From assembly GCA_963745025.1 (NCBI GenBank), contig CAVUWD010000016.1, positions 704,001-768,000 of the forward strand: 64,000 bases of DNA, written 5' to 3'. Positions 22,327-39,768 of the stretch are shown here, one piece after another. The first letter of the stretch is position 1. The number at the start of each line of letters is the position of its first letter. The notes under the pieces are model-generated. The model did no database searches. It was not told where the DNA came from and was given only the letters and a program-made list of their open reading frames with translations. Origin of the DNA: an uncultured delta proteobacterium (lineage in GTDB: Bacteria; Desulfobacterota; Binatia; JACPRU01). The position numbers and the translations under genes are program-made.

Positions 22327-23955
22327 TCACGGATTTCCGGCGCTCGTAGCTGCCCCGCTCGAGGGCGCCCCGCGATCGGCGAGCGTCTGGTAGTTCAGGC
22401 CTGAAAAGGCGCCGGGCTCTCGGGCCATCGCCGCAAAGACCTCTTCCGCGCTCCCCCACTCCGTAGAATCCCCGAGGCCGGCGAGCAGCGAGGTGAGGAG
22501 CCTCCAACCTTCCATCGCGTCACCCGGTGGCGGAAACGCCTGCCAGAGGCGCTGCACACGCCCGGCGTGGTTGGTGAACGTACCGTCGGTCTCCGCGAAC
22601 GAGCTGGTCGGCATCACGACGTCTGCGTAGAGAGATGTCTCGGTTCTGCGTAGATCGATCAACACGAAGAATTCGAGGGCCTCGAGCGCGGCCTCGACCT
22701 GTTCGCGGCCGAGCTCCGCGACGAGATCCGCGCCGAATACGATGAGAGCCTTGATCGCCCCGCGGCGCGCCGCTTCGAGAATGCGTTCGACGGCGTCGGG
22801 CGTGGTCGGAATCCCCAAGGCTTCGAGCCCCTTACGGTTCGGGTTCTTGTCCCGCTTGATCAGCAGATCGTCGCCGTAGGCGTCCGGCGGCGACCAAGCA
22901 TGTCCGGCGATCGATCGGCCGTCTTCGCCAGCGCCCGCAGGATGCTGGAGCAGGCGGCGAAAGAGGAATGCCTCTTCGTTGGTCGCGAACGCCGATAGAA
23001 TCCCGGCGATCGCGCCGTCGCCGCCGGCCTCACGGATCCCCTTTAGGCGCGTGCATACCGTGTCCACCGCCTGCTTCCACGCAAGCGGCTGGAGCTCGTC
23101 ACCCTGGCGCACCTGCGGTCCGATCGACCGGTTCTCGCCTTGGATCAGCCGATACCCCATCCGCCCCGCATCGCACATCCAGTAGTCGTTCACCTCGGCG
23201 TTGTAACGCGGCTGGAAGCGGAAGATCCGGCCCTCGCGGTGATGAATCTCGATGTTGCAGCCGTTGGCGCAACATGCGCAGACCGATTCGGTCTGCTTCG
23301 AGGTACCAGACGCGCGCGCTTGAAGCGGAAGTCCTTGCTGGTGAGCGCACCGACCGGACAGATGTCGACGACGTTCCCGGAGTACGGATTGTCGAGCGTC
23401 TTCCCGGGTGCCAGATCGATGTCGCAGTGGTCGCCGCGCTCGAAGATGCCGAGCTCGCTCGTCTTCGGTAACCTCGTCGAGGAAGCGCGTGCAGCGCGGC
23501 AGAGGATGCAGCGCTCCTGGTCGAGCATGACCTGCGGCCCGAGGTCGATCGCCTTGCGCTTGCGGACCTTCTCCTCGAGCGGGAAGCGGCTCGGACTGCC
23601 GGTCGTAGTCCATGTAGTAGTCCTGGAGCTTGCACTCACCCGCCTGGTCGCAGATCGGACAGTCGATCGGGTGGTTGATGAGCAGGAACTCGAGCACGGC
23701 CTGCTGTGCGCCGTCTTCACGCGCTCGTTCTGCGTGTGCACGACCATGCCCTCGGTGACCCGCGTGTTGCAGGCGATCTGCAGCTTCGGCACCTTCTCGA
23801 TCTCGACCAGGCACATGCGGCAGTTGCCGGCGATCGTCAGGCCCGGGATGCCAGCAGTAGTGCGGGATCTCGATGCCGAGCCGCTCCGCGGCCTGGATGA
23901 CGGTGAGGCCGTCTTCGACCTCGACCTCTCGGCCGTCGATCGTCGACTTCGGCAT
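22327..23955 (-). CDS. nuoG: NADH-quinone oxidoreductase subunit G, short form (frameshifted)
   Basis: [57 protein letters not shown]. Confidence 0.88.
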   Translation of the reverse strand: MPKSTIDGREVEVEDGLTVIQAAERLGIEIPHYCWHPGPDDRRQLPHVPGRDREGAEAADRLQHAGHRGHGRAHAERAREDGAQQAVLEFLLINHPIDCPICDQAGECKLQDYYMDYDRQSEPLPARGEGPQAQGDRPRAAGHARPGALHPLPRCTRFLDEVTEDERARHLRARRPLRHRSGTREDARQSVLRERRRHLSGRCAHQQGLPLQARASGTSKQTESVCACCANGCNIEIHHREGRIFRFQPRYNAEVNDYWMCDAGRMGYRLIQGENRSIGPQVRQGDELQPLAWKQAVDTVCTRLKGIREAGGDGAIAGILSAFATNEEAFLFRRLLQHPAGAGEDGRSIAGHAWSPPDAYGDDLLIKRDKNPNRKGLEALGIPTTPDAVERILEAARRGAIKALIVFGADLVAELGREQVEAALEALEFFVLIDLRRTETSLYADVVMPTSSFAETDGTFTNHAGRVQRLWQAFPPPGDAMEGWRLLTSLLAGLGDSTEWGSAEEVFAAMAREPGAFSGLNYQTLADRGAPSSGAATSAGNP

Positions 23956-23959
23956 GGGC

Positions 23960-25281
23960 TCAGTGGCCGGCGGCCGCGGCGCGTCGCGCCTCGCCGAGCG
24001 GGCGGAAGGGACAGCGGCCGAGCGCGCACGTGCTCCTCGAACTCGTCGCGGAACTTGGTGACGAAGCTCTGCGCCGGCATCGCGGCCGCGTCGGCGAGCA
24101 CGCAGATGGTGTTGCCCATCATGTTGTCGGCGATGTCGAGCGAGCAGGTCGACGTCCGCTGCGCGCCCGGTCCCCGCCTCGAGGCGGCGGAGCACCTTGT
24201 GCGAGCCAGCCGGTGCCCTCGCGGCAGGGCGTGCACTGGCCGCACGACTCGTGGTGGATAGAAGCGGCTGATGACGTCGAGCGCGCCGCACCATGCACGT
24301 GCTGTCGTCCATGACGATGATGCCCGCCGAGCCGAGCAGCGACCCCGCCTTGGCGACCGAGTCGAAGTCCATCGGCACGTCGATCTCGTCGGCCGTGAAG
24401 ACCGGCACCGACGCGCCGCCCGGGAATCACGGCCTTCAGCTTGCGGCCGTTCGGGATGCCGCCGCAGTGCGTCGTAGATGATCTCGCGCAGCGGCGTCCC
24501 CATCGGCAGCTCGTAGATCCCCGGGCGCTCGACGTGACCGCGACACGCAGAAGAGCTTCGGGCCGGGGCTCTTCTCCGGCCCGATGCGGCTTGAACCAGT
24601 CGGCGCCGCGGCTGACGATGTGCGGCACGCAGGCGAGCGTCTCGACGTTGTTGACGATCGTCGGGCAGCCGAAGAGGCCGTAGCGTCGCCGGGAACGGCG
24701 GCTTGACGCGCGGGTAGGCGCGCTTGCCCTCGAGCGACTCGATGAGGCCGGTCTCCTCGCCGCAGATGTAGGCGCCGGCGCCGCGGTGCACGACGACGTC
24801 GAGGTCGAAGCCCGGTGCCGAAGATGTTCTTGCCGAGGTAGCCCCTTCGCGCGCGCCTCCTCGATCGCCTGGTTCGAGCACGCTTGGCGCCGAGCGCGAA
24901 CTCGCCGCGGATGTAGATGTAGGCCGTGTGGCAGCCGATCGCGTAGGCCGTGATGATGATGCCCTCGAGGAGCTGGTGCGGATCGTGCTCGATGATCTCG
25001 CGGTCCTTGAAGGTGCCGGGCTCGCTCTCGTCGGCGTTGACGCAGAGGTAGACCGGCTTCTCGGTCTGCTTGGGGAGGAAGCTCCACTTCATGCCGGTCG
25101 GGAAGCCGGCGCCGCCGCGGCCGCGCAGGTCCGACGCTCTTCACCATCTCGATGAGCTCGCCGGGCTGGCAGTCGCGTGAGCGCCTTGCGCGTGGCCTCG
25201 TAGCCGCCGTGCCGCTCGTAGACCTCGATCGTGCGGTAGGTCCGGGACCTCCCGGTGGCGCAGCAGTACCCGCTCGCTCAT
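23960..25281 (-). CDS. nuoF: NADH-quinone oxidoreductase subunit F (frameshifted)
   Basis: [48 protein letters not shown]. Confidence 0.9.
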
Positions 25282-25845
25282 GGAGATCCGGGCGAGGCCG
25301 CGAGCTCGGATCAGATCCGGTTCCGCCACCTGCGCCGAAATGCCCGCTGCCGTTCGCCCTGGATCTTCCGCTGCAGCGCCATCAGGCCGTCGAGCACCGC
25401 CTCGGGCCGCGGCGGACAGCCGGGTACGTACACGTCGACCGGGATGATGCGGTCGATGCCGGGCAACGTCGTGTAGTTGTCGTAGAAGCCGCCGCGTCGA
25501 GGCGCAGGCGCCGAAGGCCATCACCCACTTCGGCTCGCGCCATCTGGTCGTAGACGCGCTGAGGATCGGCGCCTGGCGGACGGTGACCGTGCCGATGACC
25601 ATCAGCAGGTCGGCCTGGCGCGGCGTGAAGCGCGGCAGCAGCGCACCGAAGCGGTCGATGTCGTAGGGCGACATCGACAGCGACATGAACTCCATGGCGC
25701 AGCACGCGGTCGCGAACGGATACGGGAAGATCGAGTACTTGCGCGCCCAGCCGATCGCCTTCTCGACCTGCGTGACGATCACGCTGTCGCTGAGCAGTGC
25801 TTCGGGCCCAGCCGTGTAGTTGGCCGGAGCAATTCGTTCCGTCAC
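25278..25845 (-). CDS. nuoB: NADH-quinone oxidoreductase subunit B (frameshifted)
   Basis: [41 protein letters not shown]; GGAGG RBS before GTG 25845. Confidence 0.88.
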
Positions 25846-26000
25846 GTCGCGTTGACCTCCAATAGGCGCTATAGCCGTTCGATTTCGGAGCGTCAATCAA
25901 GGGGGCCATGGCAACATCGTCAACCGTTTTTCTCCACGCTGACTCGCCGGAAAGGCGGACGATGTTGCCAACGTACCCGCCCTCCGCCTATGCTCCGACG

Positions 26001-26324
26001 ATGGAAATCTTCCAGCGGGTCGCGGACGCGTTTCAGTTCAGCGCCGAAAAAATGAAGAAGAACGCTCTCTTCGCGACCGACCGATTCTTCTGCGACGTCT
26101 ACACGTTCGAACCGGGTCAGAACCAGACCGGCCATCGTCACGCGGGCTCGGACAAGATCTACTACGTACTCGGAGGTGTGGGCGATTTCCGCGTCGACGC
26201 CGAATCGCGGAGGCTCGAGGCGGGAGCCGTCGTGTTCTGTCCCGCCGGCTCGGAGCACGCGGTCGCCAACCCAGGTCCCGAGCGGCTCGCGCTTCTCGTG
26301 TTCATGGCACCACCGCCCAAGTGA
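26001..26324 (+). CDS. Cupin domain protein
   Basis: GHRHAGSDKIYYVLGG...PAGSEHAVAN. Confidence 0.8.
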   Translation: MEIFQRVADAFQFSAEKMKKNALFATDRFFCDVYTFEPGQNQTGHRHAGSDKIYYVLGGVGDFRVDAESRRLEAGAVVFCPAGSEHAVANPGPERLALLVFMAPPPK

Positions 26325-26758
26325 GCCCCACGATCACAAGCGAATCGGAGAGAGTGCGCCTAGCCAATCTCGCCTTCTATCGTGCCTTCGAAAGCCTCGA
26401 TGTCGCGAAGATGCAGGAGATCTGGCTGCATTCGGCGCGCGTTCAGTGCACGCATCCGGGCTGGCTCCGCCTCGTCGGCTACGCGGCCGTGATGAACAGC
26501 TGGGAACACATCTTCGAAGACACATTCGAGATGTCCTTCGACCTCACCGGAGTGGAGATCTCGATCGTCGGCGACCTGGCTTGGGTGGTTTGCACCGAGA
26601 ACATCACCAGCCGCACCTACGACGGTATCTCCCGCTCGCAGGTGGAAGCGACGAACCTCTTCGAGCATCACGGCGGCCAATGGCGCTTGGTGCATCACCA
26701 CGGATCGCTCGTGGTGTCCGGACCAGACTCCGAGGATCCGAGCCCGCATTTGCAGTAG
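26321..26758 (+). CDS. SnoaL/NTF2-like protein
   Basis: ANLAFYRAFE, CTHPGW, ATNLFE...WRLVHHHGS. Confidence 0.85.
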   Translation: MSPTITSESERVRLANLAFYRAFESLDVAKMQEIWLHSARVQCTHPGWLRLVGYAAVMNSWEHIFEDTFEMSFDLTGVEISIVGDLAWVVCTENITSRTYDGISRSQVEATNLFEHHGGQWRLVHHHGSLVVSGPDSEDPSPHLQ

Positions 26759-26821
26759 CCCTGCGCCACCTGTCAGAATTCGCTGGAGCCCGTCCGGGAC
26801 AGTCGCACGGGCTCTAACCGC

Positions 26822-27127
26822 ATGCCCGCTTCCGAGCCGAAGACGATCGGTCGCTACAACGTGGAGCGCCTGCTCGGAGCCGGCGGCATGGGCGCGGTCT
26901 ATCTCGCCGAAGATCCGCTCCTCAAGCGCCGCCTGGCGGTGAAGGTGGTCCAGGCGGGGGCCGCGCAACAGGACGTGCTGCTTCGGTTTCGCCGCGAGGC
27001 CGAAGTTTCCGCGCGCCTCAACCACCCGAACGTCATCACGATCTACGACGTCGGCGAGGACGCGACGGTCGGCCCGTTCATCGCCATGGAGTTCGTCGAA
27101 CGGGTGGCGACGTTCGCGATCCGCTAG
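26822..27127 (+). pseudogene. Truncated Ser/Thr protein kinase (N-lobe only)
   Basis: LGAGGMGAVY, VAVK-like LAVK, RFRREA, LNHPNVITIYDVG, FIAMEFVE, then stop; no HRD or DFG. Confidence 0.8.
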
Positions 27128-27221
27128 CCCGGTAGGCTGCCTGGCCGGAGCCGGCTCGCGACCAACGGGAACGGTCTCTGCCGCAGCCTCCTGCGATTCG
27201 AGCTCGGCGCGACGCCGCTGT

Positions 27222-27494
27222 GCAGCGTTCGCGTTGCTCCTGCTCGCGCTCGCCGACCATCCGGCATTCCCGCGCGACGAGATCGCCGAAGAGCGGGAAC
27301 GCGCTCGCATTGCCGCTTCCCGCATCGAGCTCGAGTGGCCGCTCGCGCCAACCGGGCCGGTCACGAGGTTCATCCGAGCCCTCGGCGTGCGCCTTGCCCG
27401 CGCAGAGCTGCTCGCGGCGATACCGGTCGGCGGGCAGTGGGACGGCGAGGAGTTTTGCCGCTTGAGGCGCGACACCGCACCGGGCACGGAATAG
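27222..27494 (+). pseudogene. Remnant of a secreted M48-like peptidase gene (core missing)
   Basis: Signal-like AAFALLLLALA; EERERARIAASRIELEWPL...VTRFIRALGVRLA resembles an M48 N-terminus; no HExxH. Confidence 0.4.
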
Positions 27495-27547
27495 GCTACG
27501 GGCTACGGGAAAAGACTCAGCACGGCCCTTCCCGTAGCCTGTAACCT
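27493..27547. repeat. Inverted heptamer-array element, copy 3
   Basis: aggctac gggctac gggaa aagactc..ttccc gtagcct gtaacct. Confidence 0.75.
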
Positions 27548-27636
27548 CTCCCGACACCTCTCCCGGCCCGAATTGACCAAACGCAGCAAAAACGGCTAGA
27601 AGGAGAGGTTAATCACTGACGGAGGCTCGATTCCCA

Positions 27637-28200
27637 ATGTTCGTCCCGGCGACACAGCTCAGAGTTGGTACCGTGATCAAGTACCAGAACGATCTCTACC
27701 GTATGACACAGCTCACGCACATCACGCCCGGAAACTGGCGCGGCATGGTGCAGACCAAGATGCGGAACCTCCGCACCGGCGTACAGACCGAAAATCGCTT
27801 CCGCTCGGAAGACAAGGTTGAGAAGGTTACACTCGAACAGCATGAGATGGAGTTCCTCTACCAAGACGGTGACCTGTTCAATTTCATGAACACCGAGAAC
27901 TACGAGCAGGTCGAGCTCTCGCGCGACGACCTCGGCGACGCCGTCGGCTATCTCACTCCGAACCTCAAGGTCTCGGTCGAGTTCTACGAGGGCAAGCCGA
28001 TGGGAGTGGAGTTGCCGAAGACCGTGGATCTCAAGGTGACCGACGTGGCCCCGGGCATGAAGACCGCCACCGTCACCAACGTGCTGAAGCCCGCGACCAC
28101 CGAAACCGGCCTCATCGTGCCCGTACCGAACTTCATCGAGACCGGGGCGGTGATTCGCGTCGATACCGAATCCGGCGCGTACCTGTCGCGGGCGAAGTAG
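27637..28200 (+). CDS. efp: Elongation factor P
   Basis: HITPGNWRG loop, KPATTETG, VPNFI..G..IRVDT..G.YLSRA. Confidence 0.93.
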   Translation: MFVPATQLRVGTVIKYQNDLYRMTQLTHITPGNWRGMVQTKMRNLRTGVQTENRFRSEDKVEKVTLEQHEMEFLYQDGDLFNFMNTENYEQVELSRDDLGDAVGYLTPNLKVSVEFYEGKPMGVELPKTVDLKVTDVAPGMKTATVTNVLKPATTETGLIVPVPNFIETGAVIRVDTESGAYLSRAK

Positions 28201-28314
28201 CCCTCTTTCGCCTCGGTGCCCGCCCGTTGCGCGCCGACTGCGGGCCGGACTAGCTTGCGGCCGAAGAGAGATCCCCGAGCCGCCGCGACGGTGAGACGCT
28301 CGTGGGCCGGTCGC

Positions 28315-28737
28315 CTACTCGGCGGCGAGGACCAGCAGCTTGCCGAGCCAAGGCACCACGGCGAGCAGGACGTAACCGACGGCCGTCCAGCGTAGGGCCC
28401 ACGCGCCGAGTGCGGGCGGTACGTTTCGGCGGATGAGCAAGAGCAGGCCGCATGCCTGAGCCTTGAACAGCATGAGCGCGGTTCCCGATCCGAGCGTCGT
28501 CATCGAGCCACTGAGGATCGGGTTTGCTTCCGCGAATCCGACCTGCAGCGCCTGGTAGGTCAGGAACCCATCGGCGACTTGCAGCAGGACGTTGAGAGCG
28601 AAGAGCTCCTGCAGATCGCTCTCGTTCGCCGATCCGTTCGCCGCCAGACCGCCCCGCGTCAATGTCGTTTCCACGCCCCTCGCCGTCGCTTCCGCGCCCG
28701 ACCCGCTTGTACCGTTTGCGAAAGAATCTTGATTCAC
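28315..28737 (-). CDS. DUF5658-like membrane protein
   Basis: LQVADGFLTY...GFAEANPIL and hydrophobic helices. Confidence 0.65.
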   Translation of the reverse strand: MNQDSFANGTSGSGAEATARGVETTLTRGGLAANGSANESDLQELFALNVLLQVADGFLTYQALQVGFAEANPILSGSMTTLGSGTALMLFKAQACGLLLLIRRNVPPALGAWALRWTAVGYVLLAVVPWLGKLLVLAAE

Positions 28738-28764
28738 GGCGATAGCGGCGTCAAGAAGAAAAAT

Positions 28765-29040
28765 ACGCGCGCGGTAACCCCTTCAATCTCTGCCTACGAA
28801 CGCTCGAGATTCCGAAGCGCTCGGATTCTCCGGTCGGCCCGTACTCGGGTCGACCGGAGAATCCAGCCGCCGCGCGCAAGCGCGGAAGGCAATAGACCAA
28901 CTCGCGGGTTACTGCCTTGCGCGCTCCGCGGGGTTGCGGCCGGTTGTGATCGACCCGAGTACGGGCCGATCATAACCGACCGCGCGCTCTGTCCTCCCCA
29001 AAGATTCGAGCCGAAGAGTGAGGCCTCACCGCGCGCGAAA
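28765..29040 (+). repeat. MITE/REPIN-like hairpin element, copy C (most complete)
   Basis: Hairpins at 28823-28864 and 28936-28983; homologous to the reverse complement of copy B; flanks resemble those of copy A. Confidence 0.8.
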
Positions 29041-29049
29041 GGCGATGGA

Positions 29050-30231
29050 TCAGGCGATCGTGCCTTCTTCGCGCAATGCCTCGATCTCCGAGGCGCCGTA
29101 GCCGCACTCGCCGAGGATCTCGGTCGTGTGCTCGCCGACGGCCGGGGCGCAACGTCGGACCGCCGGCGGCGTCTCGGAGAAATGCAGGAACGGGCCCGGC
29201 GTGTCGATTCGGCCCTTGGTGGGGTGATCGAGCGTGCGGAGGTAGCCGTCGGCTCGTGTGTCCTCATCCCGTGCGATGTCTTCGTAGCTCCGCACCGGCG
29301 CCGCGAGCACGCCTTCGGCGCGCAGCCGTTCGACCCATTGCGAGACTTTGTCCCGCCGGAAGGCCGCCTCGAGGATCTCGAGCAGTGCGCCGCGGTGCTT
29401 GAGGCGCCGGCCGACCGAGCGGAAGCGCTCCTCTGCGGCGAGTTCCGGTCGGCCGATGACGCGACAGATGCCGGCCCACGAATCCTTCACCTCGGCGACC
29501 ACGAAGTCGCCGTCGCTCGCCGCGAAACTCTGCCACAGCGTCTTGATCAGTGGATGCGAGCGGCCGCCGCGCGGCGGCACCGCGTTCGAAAGCAGATGGT
29601 GCTGCATCTCCCAGGCCTGCACGCCGAGCAGGCCGCCGACCAGCGACACCTGCACGGCTTGTCCGCGGCCGGTTCGCTCTCGCGTATAGAGAGCGGCGAT
29701 CACGCCGAAGGCGAGGTTGACGCCACCGAGCGCGTCGGCGATCGCGACGCCGACGGGCAACGCGTCGCCGCCGGCAAGCCCGGTCACGCTCATGATGCCA
29801 CTTTCCGCTTGCGCGATGAGGTCGACGCCCGTCGCATCCTTGCGCGACCCCTTCGGTCCGTAGGTCGACACGGCCGCGTAGATCATGCGCGGGTTGGCGG
29901 CATGCACCGCCTCGTAACCGAGCCCGAGCTTCTCCATGGACCCCGGCTTCAGATTGTGTACGAGGACGTCGGACCGAGAGATCAGCCGCCGTACGATCTC
30001 CAACGCCGGCGGCTTGGCGAGGTCCAAACAGAGGCCTCGCTTGCCGCGGTTGTTGACCAAGAAGAAGCCGTTGACTCCGTCGATCTCGGCAAAGTTCGCG
30101 CGCGCCGGATCCCCGCCGGGGCGCTCGATTTTGATGACGTCTGCGCCGAAGTCGGCGAGCAGAGCCGCGCCGTAGGGGCCTGCTTGGTGCTGGGTGAAGT
30201 CGAGGACGCGGATGCCTTGGAGGAGATCCAT
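29050..30231 (-). CDS. CaiB/BaiF family III CoA-transferase
   Basis: GIRVLDFT..QAGPY..LLADFGADVIKIE, NRGKR, APAVGEHT. Confidence 0.92.
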   Translation of the reverse strand: MDLLQGIRVLDFTQHQAGPYGAALLADFGADVIKIERPGGDPARANFAEIDGVNGFFLVNNRGKRGLCLDLAKPPALEIVRRLISRSDVLVHNLKPGSMEKLGLGYEAVHAANPRMIYAAVSTYGPKGSRKDATGVDLIAQAESGIMSVTGLAGGDALPVGVAIADALGGVNLAFGVIAALYTRERTGRGQAVQVSLVGGLLGVQAWEMQHHLLSNAVPPRGGRSHPLIKTLWQSFAASDGDFVVAEVKDSWAGICRVIGRPELAAEERFRSVGRRLKHRGALLEILEAAFRRDKVSQWVERLRAEGVLAAPVRSYEDIARDEDTRADGYLRTLDHPTKGRIDTPGPFLHFSETPPAVRRCAPAVGEHTTEILGECGYGASEIEALREEGTIA

Positions 30232-30235
30232 GAGC

Positions 30236-30314
30236 TGACTACCGGCTACCGACTACCGCAAAGACACAGGGAAGTCATTGCCACACTCGGCTTTTCTGCG
30301 GTAGCCGGTAGCCG
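30236..30314. repeat. Inverted heptamer-array element, copy 4
   Basis: tgactac cggctac cgactac cgcaaagac...gcggtagcc ggtagccg. Confidence 0.75.
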
Positions 30315-30317
30315 CCT

Positions 30318-33886
<3,569 letters not shown>

Positions 33887-33895
33887 GGGAGAAAA

Positions 33896-33978
33896 CGGCT
33901 ACCGGCTACCGGCTTCCGGCTTCCGCCAAAGACCCAGCTGTGCCGTACCGGTAGCCGGTCTTCGGTAGCCGGCAGCCG
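33896..33978. repeat. Inverted heptamer-array element, copy 5
   Basis: cggctac cggctac cggcttc cggcttc cgccaaagac...ggtagcc...ggtagcc ggcagccg. Confidence 0.75.
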
Positions 33979-33984
33979 TTCTTC

Positions 33985-35516
<1,532 letters not shown>

Positions 35517-35525
35517 GGTGAAAAT

Positions 35526-35597
35526 CGGCTACCGGCTACCGACTACCGCTAGAGACACGGTTGAGTCTCTCTCCCGGCAGCCGGAAGCCGGTAACCG
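35526..35597. repeat. Inverted heptamer-array element, copy 6
   Basis: cggctac cggctac cgactac..agagac..gagtctct..ggcagcc ggaagcc ggtaaccg. Confidence 0.75.
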
Positions 35598-35603
35598 TCT
35601 TTT

Positions 35604-37190
<1,587 letters not shown>

Positions 37191-37381
37191 CTAGGGATAA
37201 GGCAAGTTGACTCTTCCGACCCCTATATGTTGGGGGTGCTGCCCGCGGTGACGTCGTGCGTGGCGACCATGATCCATGATCGCCGGCTCCGTCCGTTCGG
37301 GTCCCACAATCACCCGTTGCCCGCGGCAGGAGCTCCAGCGGAGCTCCTGCGATTGAGACGCGTTCGGGGCTGAGCTAGGGA

Positions 37382-37906
37382 ATGCCGAAGATGATTCTTC
37401 GCTATGGCGACAGGGCGCCGAAGCTCGCCGCCGACGTGTACGTGCACGCCTCCGCCCACGTGATCGGCGACGTCGAGATCGGCCCCGCGTCGAGCGTCTG
37501 GTTCCAGGTGGTGATCCGCGCGGACGTGGAGCGGGTACGCGTCGGGCGCGCCACCAACGTCCAGGACCACGCGACGATCCACGTCAGCAACGAGCGCTGG
37601 CCGACGATCCTCGGTGACGGCGTGACGATCGGCCACCGCGCGGTGCTGCACGGCTGCTCGGTCGGGGACTACGCGCTCATCGGCATCGGCGCGATCGTTC
37701 TCGATGGTGCCGAGGTGGGATCGGAAGCGCTCGTCGGCGCAGGCGCGCTGGTTGCGCCGGGGGCCAAGATCCCCCCGCGCACGCTCGTTCTGGGCAGCCC
37801 CGCCAAGCCGGTTCGCAATCTCCGCCCCGAGGAGATCGAGCACCTCCACCGGTCCGCCGAGCGCTACGTCGGCTACGCAAAGAGCTATCGGGATCAGGGG
37901 CTTTGA
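37382..37906 (+). CDS. Gamma carbonic anhydrase-like hexapeptide protein
   Basis: VIGDVEIG, NVQD, TIGHRAVLHGC, GSPAK. Confidence 0.9.
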   Translation: MPKMILRYGDRAPKLAADVYVHASAHVIGDVEIGPASSVWFQVVIRADVERVRVGRATNVQDHATIHVSNERWPTILGDGVTIGHRAVLHGCSVGDYALIGIGAIVLDGAEVGSEALVGAGALVAPGAKIPPRTLVLGSPAKPVRNLRPEEIEHLHRSAERYVGYAKSYRDQGL

Positions 37907-38802
37907 CGGGACGAGCTCGCCTGACAGGACACGGTCCCGGCGCGACCGGGTCGCGTTCCCTGAACGACCTCGCATACCGGTAGCGCGCCGACGTCGAGCT
38001 CGCCAGCGACGTCGACCAGTCGGCGGAAGCGAACGCGCCCGCTCAAGCGCTCGAGCAAGCGATCGAAGAATGCGGCGTACGGTCCGCCCTCGACTTCGGC
38101 GTGAACGGTGAGGACGGCGAGACCCGTGTCGCCGAGCGAGCGCTCGTAGATCTCGACGAGCCGCTCGCCCTCGACACCTTGGCCGAGCAGCTCGTCGACC
38201 GTCGGCAGCGTCGTCGGGATCTCCGGCAACCGCGCTTCCACCTCCTCGACCCGGGCACGATACGGCCGTTCGCCGCGAGTGCTCGACTGATAGGTGAAGG
38301 GCCGGCACTCGAGAGCGGCCAGCAAGGCTTTGCCGCATTGCCATCCCGGCGCGGCGAATCCCGCGGGGAAGCCGCCGATGATCTCCTGGAAGGTCCCGAT
38401 CGCGGCATCGATCTCGCGCGCGACCGCCGGCTCGCTGAGCGTCAGCGCGAAATCGTGCCAGTACACGTGGTCGTTCCCGTGGACGCCAAGCTCGTGCCCT
38501 TCGGCGACCGTGCGGCGAAGAACCTCGGGAAACGAGCGCGCGATCTCGGGCGCCGGCAGCAGCGTCCCGTAGAGCGCGGTGCGCAGGCCGTAGAGCCGCA
38601 CCGCGTTGCTCCTCAGCATCTTCGTCGCGAAGCCCTTCCGCGTGAAGAACCGCCGGATCGCCTTTCCGGAGTTGTCCGGACCCATCGACACGTAGAAGCT
38701 CGCCGGCACGCGCCGCCGTGCGAGGCAGTCGAGGAGCCGGGGCACTCCGTGGCCGAGGCCTTGATGCGTATCGACGTCGATCTTGAGCGCGAGGTCGCTC
38801 AT
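37894..38802 (-). CDS. arnD: ArnD-like polysaccharide deacetylase/deformylase
   Basis: LKIDVDT, MGPDNSG, GTLLPAP, AAPGW, HAEVEG. Confidence 0.75.
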   Translation of the reverse strand: MSDLALKIDVDTHQGLGHGVPRLLDCLARRRVPASFYVSMGPDNSGKAIRRFFTRKGFATKMLRSNAVRLYGLRTALYGTLLPAPEIARSFPEVLRRTVAEGHELGVHGNDHVYWHDFALTLSEPAVAREIDAAIGTFQEIIGGFPAGFAAPGWQCGKALLAALECRPFTYQSSTRGERPYRARVEEVEARLPEIPTTLPTVDELLGQGVEGERLVEIYERSLGDTGLAVLTVHAEVEGGPYAAFFDRLLERLSGRVRFRRLVDVAGELDVGALPVCEVVQGTRPGRAGTVSCQASSSRQSP

Positions 38803-38805
38803 CCC

Positions 38806-39768
38806 TCAGGAGAACGACGCGTGCCGAAAATAGTCGATCGTGCGGGAGAGCCCGTCGTCGAGCGACGTCTTCGCCGTGACGCCGAGCACCTTTTGCATCT
38901 TCTCGACGTTCGGAATTCGTCGCGGGATGTCCTCGTAGCTCGGGCCGTACACGTCTTGCTGCGGCACGTAGCGAATCGTCGACCGGGAGCCGGCGATGGC
39001 GATCAGGCGCTCCGCGAGCGCGCGGATCGTGTATTCACGATCGTTACCGATGTTGAAGATCTCACCGACCGCTTCTTCGCGGAGCCCCGCTTGCACGGTG
39101 GCTTCGATCGCGTCGGTCACGTAGGTAAAGCAGCGCGTCTGGCTGCCGTCGCCGATCACCGTGACCGGCTCGCCCCGAAGCACCTGCCCGAGAAAGATCG
39201 TGATCACGCGGCCGACGTCGATCGCGTCGAGGCGCGGGCCGTACACGTTGAAGTAGCGGACGATCGTCGTCTTGAGCCCCATCTTCGCGTACGCGAAGCA
39301 GAAGTGCTCCCCGATCGCCTTCGAGGTCGAATAACACCAGCGATCGATGCGCGTCGAGCCGAGCACGCGGTCGTCGTCTTCGCTCCAGGGAATCTTCGGA
39401 TTGCGGCCGTACACCTCCGAGGTGGAGGAGAACACGACCCGCTTGCCGTGCTTGAAGGCGAGCTTCAACACGTTCTGGGTTCCGTTCACGTTGACGTTCA
39501 GCACCTGGTACGGATCGCCGACGTAGTGCTCGACGCCGACCACGGCGGCGAGGTGATAGACGAGATCGGCGCGGGCGATCAGTCCCTCGAGAATGACCTC
39601 GTTGAACACGCTGTCGCGGACGAAATGAAGCCGCGGATCGCCGATGCGGTGCTTCACCTTGAGCGTGAGCCCGGTCTCGAGGATGAAGACCTCGTCGCCG
39701 CGATCCAGAAACGCATCGGTGAGATGGGATCCCAAGAAGCCGCCACCACCGGTGATCAGAACTTTCAT
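38806..39768 (-). CDS. NAD-dependent epimerase/decarboxylase (ArnA C-terminal-like)
   Basis: GGGGFLG, SSTSEVYG, RWCYSTSK, RYFNVYGPRLD. Confidence 0.85.
   Translation of the reverse strand: MKVLITGGGGFLGSHLTDAFLDRGDEVFILETGLTLKVKHRIGDPRLHFVRDSVFNEVILEGLIARADLVYHLAAVVGVEHYVGDPYQVLNVNVNGTQNVLKLAFKHGKRVVFSSTSEVYGRNPKIPWSEDDDRVLGSTRIDRWCYSTSKAIGEHFCFAYAKMGLKTTIVRYFNVYGPRLDAIDVGRVITIFLGQVLRGEPVTVIGDGSQTRCFTYVTDAIEATVQAGLREEAVGEIFNIGNDREYTIRALAERLIAIAGSRSTIRYVPQQDVYGPSYEDIPRRIPNVEKMQKVLGVTAKTSLDDGLSRTIDYFRHASFS

Noticed and set aside
23280-25560. Dense frameshifts in nuoG/F/B as programmed frameshifting or pseudogenisation
   Set aside because: All motifs are intact and the indels cluster in patches of highly conserved genes, as also in dnaE, lysC and cimA; this fits long-read or mixed-strain consensus error.
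19344-28983. Repeated 20-mer as a CRISPR array
   Set aside because: The copies are inverted and dispersed, have no regular unique spacers, and no cas genes are present.
37326-37350. Perfect 11-bp inverted repeat GCAGGAGCTCC-AGC-GGAGCTCCTGC
   Set aside because: Single copy, no U-tract and no assignable function.
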